DNA of 64,000 nt from Alphaproteobacteria bacterium (lineage in GTDB: Bacteria > Pseudomonadota > Alphaproteobacteria > UBA828). Made by a program: the position numbers and the translations under genes. How positions within the stretch are numbered: position 1 is the first letter of the stretch; each line of letters opens with the position of its first letter. This document shows, piece by piece, positions 1 through 7,980 of the stretch. The DNA lies in NCBI GenBank assembly GCA_965221125.1, contig CBDCRW010000002.1, forward strand, positions 64,001 through 128,000. Direction: 5' to 3'. The notes beneath the pieces are model-generated. The model did not search any database, was not told where the DNA came from, and saw only the letters and a program-made list of their open reading frames with translations.

Positions 1-725
1 AGTTACCTTCTATTGCCTTAAGTACAGTAAAACGTGTGGAGGAAGGAGAATTTCGACATGCGCTAGTTTGTTCAAAGTTGCCAGACGGGCATTCGGTCTC
101 GTCGAAAGAGACGACGCATGTGTTTCCACTATACTGGTGTCAGGAGGGCACAGGGAGTTCAACCGGTAAGATTGCAAATTTGTACCCGGATTTTAGAGAG
201 TCATTAGATGCGCGGTTTGAAGACCACTACACACCAGAAGATATACTAGGTTACATATATGCGATTATGTACGCGCCGAGCTACCTAAGAGATTATGCAG
301 AATTCTTGTGTATTGATTATCCTCGTATTCCGCTCCCGACGTCCGGCAAGGACTTTGAATTACTTTCACAGCTTGGGTGGACGCTCACACAATCACACTT
401 GCTGATTGATGTATTGCGCCTCGGGCTCGCTCGTTACCACGGCCAAGGTGACGATATGATAGCGGCTGTTCGCTATTCGGCACGTGAAGAGTCGATCCAC
501 ATTAACAAGACGCAATGTTTTCGGCCGGTGCCTCAGGCGGTGTGGGACTTTTGTATCGGCGGCTACCAGGTGCTCGACAAGTATCTGAAGTCACGAAGGG
601 GTCGAACTCTGTCGCTCGACGAGATCGACCACGTTGCGAAGGTCGCGGACAGCGTCGCCTTCACGATCGACCAGATGGCGGCCATCGACGGAGCCTACAA
701 GGCAGCGTTCAAAACCTCGAGGTAA
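1..725 (+). CDS. C-terminal specificity region of a type ISP-like restriction-modification enzyme / N6-adenine methyltransferase (5' part outside window)
   Basis: Motifs PEDILGYIYAIMYAPSY..Y.EFL..DYPRIP and VWDF.IGGYQVLDKYLKSR are typical of type ISP (LlaBIII-like) C-terminal domains. Confidence 0.75.
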   Translation, partial: LPSIALSTVKRVEEGEFRHALVCSKLPDGHSVSSKETTHVFPLYWCQEGTGSSTGKIANLYPDFRESLDARFEDHYTPEDILGYIYAIMYAPSYLRDYAEFLCIDYPRIPLPTSGKDFELLSQLGWTLTQSHLLIDVLRLGLARYHGQGDDMIAAVRYSAREESIHINKTQCFRPVPQAVWDFCIGGYQVLDKYLKSRRGRTLSLDEIDHVAKVADSVAFTIDQMAAIDGAYKAAFKTSR

Positions 726-811
726 GTTCGAAAATTCGCTGGTGCGGACGGCATGCTGAATGTATGGTCCGTTTTGGTCTGTACCACCATATGTAGGACA
801 ATCGACCAGCG

Positions 812-1090
812 ATGGACCTGAACGGCATGCCGGACGGAAACGTACAGGGCGATCTGTTCGGAGAGGCGAAGCCGCCGGCATACCGGCCGGATCTGGAGCG
901 GGTACGCCGACGGATCGACAGCATTCTGACGGAGCTTCGCGGCGAGGAATCGGTACGGGACTGGCCTTACGGGCAGGCCTCATTCTTCCGCATGGTGATG
1001 CCGAACCTGACCCGCTGGCTGCCTGAAGACGAAGCCGGGCAATTCACGTCGGAGTTCGAAGCGGAGATGGCGCGGCTCGAAGCCGCCTGA
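812..1090 (+). CDS. Small hypothetical protein (92 aa) downstream of the RM gene
   Basis: ORF with normal codon usage and plausible helical composition (QGDLFG...WLPEDEA..F..EF..E..RL). Confidence 0.65.
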   Translation: MDLNGMPDGNVQGDLFGEAKPPAYRPDLERVRRRIDSILTELRGEESVRDWPYGQASFFRMVMPNLTRWLPEDEAGQFTSEFEAEMARLEAA

Positions 1091-1138
1091 CGCGCCAGTG
1101 GGCGCCCTAATGTCTCCACCCCCCGCGCGCAGACCCCC

Positions 1139-1432
1139 TCACGTCGCCAGCACGACCCGGCCGACGATGCGTCCCGCTTTCATGTCGTCCAGAGTCTTCA
1201 AGGCTTCGGCGAGCGCCATCAGCTCGGTCAATTCCGCCGGGCTGCCGACATAGCTACTGGTGAGCATCATCGAGATCAGCGGCGGCAACGGCACCTCGCC
1301 GCCCATCAGACCGACGACGATCACCGTGCCGCGTCGGCCGACGGTGCGCACGACGAAGCCGGCCCTCGCCGCCGCGTCGACGAAATCGACCACCGCCGGT
1401 GCGCCGCTGCCGGTCAGCTTGCGGACCTGCCT
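1139..1432 (-). pseudogene. C-terminal relic of a zinc-binding alcohol dehydrogenase
   Basis: V.KLTG.GA..VVDFV...GTVIVVGLMGG...SYVGS..EL.ELM...G.IVGRVVL. N-terminus missing, with apparent internal deletions. Confidence 0.65.
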
Positions 1433-1483
1433 GACCGCTCAATGGTGCGTGAACCAGCAGGCGCCGTTACGACTCCGGAATAA

Positions 1484-1629
1484 TTCGCCGTGATTTGGCG
1501 AACGACGTCCTTGCCTCGCATCGACCGCCCCCAGACATGGGTGAAGCCGAGGAAGTCGAACGTCGTGGCCGATGCCATCCAGTGACGCCCGTGGGGGCGT
1601 CTCCGACGGAAGTCCACATAGCGCGTCTT
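1484..1629 (-). pseudogene. ltrA: Group II intron RT, distal fragment
   Basis: KTRYVDFRR...FDFLGFTHVWGRS.RGK..VRQITA continues the RT after LHETK once the IS is removed. Confidence 0.85.
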
Positions 1630-1644
1630 CCGTAATGGGGCGGT

Positions 1645-2000
1645 TGATGTCAAACACCGATCTTCACGATCTTCCGGCCTGGCACGGTGGCTCGCACATG
1701 AAGCACCGTAGCCTGTTGCAAATCGAATCACAGGCGCGGTCAACATAGCGGATTGCCATGGCGGGAGCGGCTAACTGACTCGTCTGCGCGGCAAAGAAGG
1801 AAGCGGGATTCCCGGATGTGTCCGTCGCCAGGCTCTCGCTTCCGTCCGTGGTCAGCGCAGCGGCTGCCAACGTCATGCCTGGTCCAAACGATTCCCGAGT
1901 GCCGATCTTGGTCGCGTGCTCGAACGCGATGAAACGGTTCGGCCGACAAGACGCAGCGCGTGCATCAACGGGAACCGCGTCCCGGCGAGGGGACACCGGT
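1645..2000 (-). ncRNA. Putative bridge RNA / seekRNA in the IS right-end non-coding region (boundaries approximate)
   Basis: Contains 8-nt matches to both halves of the reconstructed target (1947-1954, 1906-1913) and to the donor junction (1669-1676), set within predicted stem-loops. Confidence 0.7.
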
Positions 2001-2068
2001 GGATCGCCACCTTCAGGCGCGGCTCTTTCCTCCTCTCGCTTCCGATTGCCGGTGGGATGCAGCCGCGC

Positions 2069-3112
2069 CTATGCCGTCTGGAGCGCCATCGCCTCCTCGC
2101 GCGTGAAGCGGAACTCGGTGCCGTCCCGCCACATCCGGTGAAGTACCACGCCGATGCGCCGGGCCAGGGCGACGGTCGCACGCTTCTTGCCACGGAGCTT
2201 CGCCAGACGAAGCGCCCAGGCCTTCAGCCAGTTCGGCCCGGCGGTGCCGTTCAGCATCACCGTGGCGGCCTGATAGAGCGCGGTACGCAGACCTGCGTCG
2301 CCGCACTTCGTGATGCCGCCGACAATATCTCGCTCGCCGGATTGGTCCCGGCCCGGCGTCAGTCCCACCCAGGGGCCGACATCCTTCGATCTCCGGAACC
2401 GCCCGGGATCGTCAATCGCCGATTTGAAGGTCAGGGCCACGACCGCGCCTACGCCGGGCATGGTCATCAGCAGCCGGCATACCGGATCCTCCCTGGCCAG
2501 ATCGCGGACCAGCTTCTCCAGGCCGGCCAGCTCGCGGCGCAGAGCCACCCGCGCGCGCAGGATCGGTTCGGCGGCGGCCTCCAGCATCGCGTTGCCTGCG
2601 ATCAACTCCCGGACGCGGGCCTCCCAGCGGCCCTTCGAGACCTGGCCCAGCTTCAGGCCAAAGTTGCGCAACACGCCGCGCAGCGAGAGTTCCATATCGG
2701 TGAGCGCGCCCTTCACGGACCTGCGCGAGGTCAGCAGTGCGCGCATCTCCTGCGACGATACCGACTTGCAGTGCACCGGCCTGAACCAGCCCATCTGCAA
2801 GAGCCGTGCGATGCCCTCGGCATCCCGGCGATCCGTCTTGATCGGCATCGCCTTCAGCGCCGCCTTCACCCGCCGGGTCTCCATAAGGACGGCCTCGAAG
2901 CCGGCGTCGGTCAGCCCCTTGTGCAACCAGTGGGACAGGGGACCGGCCTCAAGACCGATCACGGCGATCTCGTGCTCCAGCTTGCCCATGAACGCAACCA
3001 ACGCGTCAGGCGTGCTGGCGACCTGAGCCTCGGTCACGATCTTGCCCTTGTCGCCGATCACGCAGATTGTCGTGCTTGCCAGCGATACATCCAGCCCGAT
3101 ATAGACAGCCAT
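2069..3112 (-). CDS. IS110-family transposase/recombinase (DEDD RuvC-like plus Tnp domain)
   Basis: YIGLDVS, LEAG, KTDRRDA, PGVG and GLTP...QSGE (catalytic Ser region) motifs. Start at MAVYIG (3112). Confidence 0.95.
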   Translation of the reverse strand: MAVYIGLDVSLASTTICVIGDKGKIVTEAQVASTPDALVAFMGKLEHEIAVIGLEAGPLSHWLHKGLTDAGFEAVLMETRRVKAALKAMPIKTDRRDAEGIARLLQMGWFRPVHCKSVSSQEMRALLTSRRSVKGALTDMELSLRGVLRNFGLKLGQVSKGRWEARVRELIAGNAMLEAAAEPILRARVALRRELAGLEKLVRDLAREDPVCRLLMTMPGVGAVVALTFKSAIDDPGRFRRSKDVGPWVGLTPGRDQSGERDIVGGITKCGDAGLRTALYQAATVMLNGTAGPNWLKAWALRLAKLRGKKRATVALARRIGVVLHRMWRDGTEFRFTREEAMALQTA

Positions 3113-3260
3113 GTCGTTGCCCTTTCCTCTCGAAGGATTGGGGCGCGCCTTCCGGCAAGACCCCGTGAGCACGCTGAGCGTGCAAGGGCAACGACACCCG
3201 ATTCGTCGTCATCGGGACAGGCTCCGATGGTACCGATTGGCGCCGAGCCCCATTACGGCA

Positions 3261-4143
3261 TCTTGGTCTCATGGAGCGTGAGCCCGTATCGACCGAGACG
3301 TTTGCCCAGCGCGTCAAGCAGCCGCTTGCCGCTGTGGCGGTCTTCGAGGGCGACGACAAAGTCATCGGCGAATCGCACCAGCTGGCAGTTTCCGCGTAGG
3401 CGCGGTTTCGCCACTTTCTCGAACCACTCGTCCAGCACATGGTGCAGGAAAACGTTCGATAATAGCGGCGAGATCACCCCGCCTTGGGGAGTGCCAGCGA
3501 CCGGCCTGTGCACGGTGCCCTCTTCGAGCACCCCTGCCTTCAGCCATTTGTCGATCTTGCGCCTTGCGACGCCGTCCTTGATCCGCAGGTCGAGGAACGA
3601 CCGGAGGTGGGTGTGCGAGATCGAGTCGAAGTAGGATTTCAAATCCGCGTCGATCACCCATCTTTGGCGCTGCTCGATGATGCCCGCACGCAGCGCGTCC
3701 AGGGCATCGTGAGCCGACCGTCCGCGCCGGAAGCCGTAGGAGCACGGCAGAAAGTCCGCCTCGTAGATCGGCTCCAGCAGCATCAGGATCGCCCGCTGTG
3801 CCACCTTGTCTTCGAACGTCGGGATGCCGAGAGGGCGCTTCGTCCCGTCCGCCTTGGGGATGTAGTGCCGTCGCACCGGCGGCGCGAAGTAGCGGCCCGA
3901 CTTCATCCGGCACAGGAGGTCATCAAGATTGGCCTCCAGGTCCTTCTCGTAGTCGACCGCCGTCACGCCGTCGATGCCCGTCGCCCCATCCTTGCGCGTC
4001 AGGCGATACGCTTCGCGCATCCACTCGCCGTCGATCAGGTGGTGCAGGGACGTGAACACCCGGTCCGGATGCTCCCTCGCCTGTTCGGCTATCCACTGCT
4101 GTTTCGTGTACGTGTTGGTGGAACTCAGGGTTTCCTCCAGCGT
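3261..4143 (-). pseudogene. ltrA: Group II intron reverse transcriptase/maturase, proximal part
   Basis: A.GIDG, RR.YIPK.DG..RPLGIP..EDK..Q, SYGFR.GRS.H.A, D.D...YFD.I, TPQGG.ISPLLSN and RFADDF motifs. The frame is open up to 4149 with no ATG near the expected start. Confidence 0.9.
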
Positions 4144-4839
4144 TTCCCATCAGTGGGTCTGGTCAGGTGACGCCCCGCTTCCCTCCAGCGGGTCCCGATG
4201 GCCACGGTTCCCCGCCTTCAGCGGTACTATCAGGGCGCTACGACTTCCTGCTCCCGCATGTCCTTCGGCTTATTGATTTCGCCAGCCGGCTCCGCAGGCG
4301 CCTGCCAAGTTCGTGTCCGCCCTGTGGGGCGCTCCCGTCGCCGTGCAGACCCGGCGGCGGGCCAGGGTCTGGATTGTTCACGCTGGCAGTCCCCTTTCCA
4401 GCGTCCTTGCCCGCGGGCAAGAGCAGGATCTCCCAGGTTCCCTGGCGATCCATCCCGTGACTCTGCGCCGGTCCACGACCCCGGACGACCCGTTGCGCCT
4501 CGCCATTGGCGGCGCTTCCGGTGCTGCCCCCACGTGCTTAACAACGAAGGCGTCATCGCTTCACCGATTTCGAGGCTTACCCCACCGCTTCGTCACCTGC
4601 TGTCTACGCTTCACGACGGACGTTGCCGCACGCCATGCAAGACTCGCTTCCGGCTGGCGGGCTGCGCCTTTGCCGGGCGGGGGTCGAACCCGCTGGACCG
4701 CGACGAGAGGTTTCAGTTCATGGCATCCTCCTCTCCAGGGCTTACCCTGGCGCAATAAGCATCCGGCGAAGGCCCTTTGGCTCCGTTGAGAGAGGATGGT
4801 GGCGGTGACGGGACGCGCGGCGAACGCGGAGATGCCGGC

Positions 4840-5427
4840 CTACTCGGCTTCCGTCAGCGCGATCACACTGCTGCGGAGTGAATGCAGGAGTTCATCGAGC
4901 GCGCGTCGATCCCCGGCCCCGTACTTCAGGCCCATCGCAACGGTGACGACAAATCGTGCCAACTGGGCGGGCGTCTGGCCGGAGCTGGCAATGGCATCGG
5001 CATGGGGCTCCAGCAATTCGGCAATCAGCGCCGCCTGACGGGCGTGGGCCTCCTCGATCGCCGCCCTTCCCGCCTCGTTGTGACCGCTGATCAAGTCCTC
5101 CGGGTCGCCTGCCTCCTGCAGCATCTCGAAGGACTTCACCACCGTCTCCTCGAAATAGACGTCGAGCCGTTCGCCCAAGGTGCCGCAACCGCCGAGCCGC
5201 GCCCGGATCGCCGCCAGCGACGCCTCCGAGACGTGGCGGATGCACGCCACGATGATCCCGTCCTTGTCGCCGAAGGACGCGTAGACGGTCTGGCGCGACA
5301 CCCCGGCCGCCTCGGCAATGTCCGCCATGGTCGTCTTCTTCGCGCCATAGCGGACAAAGATGCCGATCGCGGCCTCGACGATCCGTGCTTCGGTCTCGGA
5401 GAGGGGGATGCGACGCACGCTGCTCAT
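4840..5427 (-). CDS. TetR/AcrR family transcriptional regulator
   Basis: N-terminal HTH (TTMADIAEAAGVSRQTVYASFGDK), divergent from the SDR gene. Confidence 0.92.
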   Translation of the reverse strand: MSSVRRIPLSETEARIVEAAIGIFVRYGAKKTTMADIAEAAGVSRQTVYASFGDKDGIIVACIRHVSEASLAAIRARLGGCGTLGERLDVYFEETVVKSFEMLQEAGDPEDLISGHNEAGRAAIEEAHARQAALIAELLEPHADAIASSGQTPAQLARFVVTVAMGLKYGAGDRRALDELLHSLRSSVIALTEAE

Positions 5428-5528
5428 GCAGGGGGAGATATCTCAGGATTCACGACTTGACAAGATGTGGTTGCATGTAAGATATACTGTACAGAACGTC
5501 ATAATCTGTCGATATGTAAGGACGCGCC

Positions 5529-6374
5529 ATGACCCAGACCGTTCTCATCACCGGATGCTCCAGCGGATTCGGCAGGCTGACCGCCCAGACCTTCCAAGAC
5601 GCGGGCTGGAACGTTGTCGCCACAATGCGCGCGCCCGAAAGGGTGCCTGAGCTTGCCGACGACGACCGGATGCTGGTCCTCAAGCTGGACGTCACCGACC
5701 CGGCCAGCATCTCCGCTGCCTTCGCCGCCGCGCGCGCACGATTCGGCCGCATCGATGCCGTCGTGAACAATGCTGGTTATGGAGGCGACGGCCTGTTCGA
5801 GCAGGCCAGCGACACGGATATCCGCGCCATGTTCGAGACCAACGTGTTCGGCCCGATGAACGTCATGCGCGAGGCGCTGCCCGAGATGAGGGCGGCGGCG
5901 AATGGCGCCATCGTCAACGTGACCTCGATGGCCGGTCACCTGGGCCTGCCGCGGCACGCGGTCTACGCCGCCTCGAAGCACGCCATGATCGGCCTGACCG
6001 AGAGCATGGCGCTGGAATACAAGCCCCTGGGGGTGCGCATCCACTCGGTCGCGCCGGGCGCCTATCCGACCACCGCGTTCGGCGTCAATACCGACGATCG
6101 GCTGGAGGTGGGCGACGCCCAGCTCGTCGCGTTCTCCAAGCGCCTGCGGGCGCAGATGACCGCGGTGGGCGAGCAGATGGCGAACCAGGGCGGGAATCTC
6201 GCCGATCCGCAGGAGGTTGCCGACCGGATCTTCCAGTGCGTCACGGGCGATGCGCCGATCAACAATCCGACCGGTGCCGACGCGGAGATGCTGATCGCGA
6301 TGATGGGGCAGGACAAGCGCCAGGCATTCCTGGACCAGCTCGGCGCCATGCTCGTGCCCCCGTCTGCCGCCTGA
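5529..6374 (+). CDS. Short-chain dehydrogenase/reductase
   Basis: TGCSSGFG, NNAG and YAASK motifs. Confidence 0.93.
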   Translation: MTQTVLITGCSSGFGRLTAQTFQDAGWNVVATMRAPERVPELADDDRMLVLKLDVTDPASISAAFAAARARFGRIDAVVNNAGYGGDGLFEQASDTDIRAMFETNVFGPMNVMREALPEMRAAANGAIVNVTSMAGHLGLPRHAVYAASKHAMIGLTESMALEYKPLGVRIHSVAPGAYPTTAFGVNTDDRLEVGDAQLVAFSKRLRAQMTAVGEQMANQGGNLADPQEVADRIFQCVTGDAPINNPTGADAEMLIAMMGQDKRQAFLDQLGAMLVPPSAA

Positions 6375-6424
6375 CCGGCCGTGCTCCCGACGACCCGATG
6401 GGCCGGTTCGCGAGGCTATGTGAG

Positions 6425-6949
6425 ATGTCGAAGCCCCGCTCCCTCGTCAAATGGGGTGTCCCCACCGCCCTCCTGATCGTCTTGATCGTCGCGGTGGCGG
6501 GCGCGCTCGCCACCCGCAAGACCTTCCTCGTGGAGATCTGGATCCCCGCCCCGCCCGAGGCGGTGTGGGAGGTTCTGATCGACACGGGGGCTTACCCGCA
6601 ATGGAACCCGGTCTTCGTCGAGGTCGACGGCGCCTATGCGGAGGGGGAGACGGTGCTGAACAGGGTTCGGGAGCCAAGCGGCGCGATCCTGGAAATGACC
6701 GCGAAGGTGGAGACCCTTCTGCCAAACGCGGAGCTGCGCCAGTCGGGGGGCATCCCCGGCATATTGACCTTCGACCATCGCTGGCTTCTGGAGCCTGCGG
6801 ATGGCGGAACGAAGGTCGTTCAGCACGAAGTGGACCGTGGCATCGGCCTCTGGTTCTGGAGCTCGGACTGGCTCGAGCCCGCCTATGCGGCCACCAACGA
6901 GGCGTTGGCAGAGAGGGTGCGTTCAGAGATGGCGAAGCCGGGCAACTGA
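6425..6949 (+). CDS. SRPBCC (START-like) domain protein with N-terminal membrane anchor
   Basis: I.APPEAVWEVL.D...YPQWNP motif and a hydrophobic N-terminus. Confidence 0.85.
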   Translation: MSKPRSLVKWGVPTALLIVLIVAVAGALATRKTFLVEIWIPAPPEAVWEVLIDTGAYPQWNPVFVEVDGAYAEGETVLNRVREPSGAILEMTAKVETLLPNAELRQSGGIPGILTFDHRWLLEPADGGTKVVQHEVDRGIGLWFWSSDWLEPAYAATNEALAERVRSEMAKPGN

Positions 6950-7179
6950 GCTTCCGCATCTCGTCGAAGGTGTGGTTGCCACCGCCAAGGCATCGCGCCG
7001 GTCGCCTACTTCGGTCAATCCTGCAGCCTGCCATGCGGCTGTCGAAGCGGTCGTGACGAACCTGATCCTCCAGTGGCTACACGGCGAGTGCCGGCTCCCT
7101 TTCGGCCTTCCAGTGCCAGGGCAGGAGGATCACAGATCTCGGCCTCATGCGGGGCATGGGGGCCTGCGTGCGGTGCGCA

Positions 7180-7752
7180 TCAGTCGCGGGTGCGCATCGT
7201 AGTGCGTGCGCCGGCATTGCCCAGCGTCCCCATGTGCACGGCACGGACGCCATTCTCTGCGGGCCAGTCGAACGCCTCGAGGACCGCGTCGAGCGCCGCC
7301 TCGTGCTCGCCCGTCTCGAAGAACAGTCCGTTCGGGCGCTCTGGGTCCGCCAACACCTCCTCCGGGTAGCGCCAGTCGTGGAACGCGGTGTCGTGCGCCG
7401 CCAGCACCTCGGCCAGCCGGGAGCGTTCCGAACTCGTCTTCGACGGGTACGGGCGGAGTGCCGTGCCGGCCGCCTCGTCGAGGCATTCCCGCACCTCTTC
7501 GGGCAGCGCCTCGTAGAGCGCCAACAGGCGATGCGTGCGCTTCGCCGCCTCCCCCGTTGTGCGCAGGTGCCAGGCCTTGAGCGCCCGCTCCATCGCGAAC
7601 GCGAGCAGCATCGGAGCGGCATGGCTCGAATGGTATTGCGGGATTTCGCGGGCCGCGCCGTGCAGTGCGCGGAGCTTCCCGGCGGACTCCGCCATCAGAT
7701 ATGCGATGTATCGTGTGTCGTCGGTTCCCCGCCATTGGAGGGCCGTGTTCAT
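7180..7752 (-). CDS. HEPN-like domain protein
   Basis: AFAMERALKA...THRL..LY..LP...F..WRY pattern resembles stand-alone HEPN proteins. Start at MNTALQW is assumed. Confidence 0.55.
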   Translation of the reverse strand: MNTALQWRGTDDTRYIAYLMAESAGKLRALHGAAREIPQYHSSHAAPMLLAFAMERALKAWHLRTTGEAAKRTHRLLALYEALPEEVRECLDEAAGTALRPYPSKTSSERSRLAEVLAAHDTAFHDWRYPEEVLADPERPNGLFFETGEHEAALDAVLEAFDWPAENGVRAVHMGTLGNAGARTTMRTRD

Positions 7753-7980
7753 ACAGTCTCTCCAATCGATTGCACCAAAGCGGCTTGGCAGCCCCACACC
7801 TCGCCTCCACGCCGCTTCATCAGCGCGCTCCCCGGCGCACGGTGGATGATTTCCGGGCGGTCAGCTTCCTGATAATCGGCCAACCGCAGAGAGTGGCCTT
7901 CCCGGCTAGTGGATCATCGGGTGATCGCAAGCTCAAGCGGTGCTATCATCATGGCGTCGGGCAGGCGACGCTCATCGTGT

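Larger units (their letters stand above)
1630..3260 (-). mobile_element. IS110-family insertion sequence, IS1111 subgroup
   Basis: 12-bp inverted repeats CCGTAATGGGGC (1630-1641) and GCCCCATTACGG (3247-3258), TCTT on both flanks (1626-1629, 3261-3264), short upstream and long downstream non-coding ends. Confidence 0.92.
1484..4755 (-). mobile_element. Group II intron, 3'-truncated and interrupted by an IS110-family element
   Basis: 5' end TTGCG at 4755, ~600 nt structured leader, RT ORF. RT homology stops at ~1484, with no recognisable domain X, V or VI. Confidence 0.85.

Noticed and set aside
3253-4059. RT as a retron, DGR or CRISPR-associated RT
   Set aside because: It has group II intron motifs and an intron-like 5' leader; no VTG motif, TR/VR pair or cas genes. 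Its short length is due to the IS insertion.
5450-5515. TTGACA and TATACT/CATAAT hexamers between tetR and the SDR gene
   Set aside because: A promoter/operator is likely here, but the spacings do not fit 16-18 bp, so no specific site is called.
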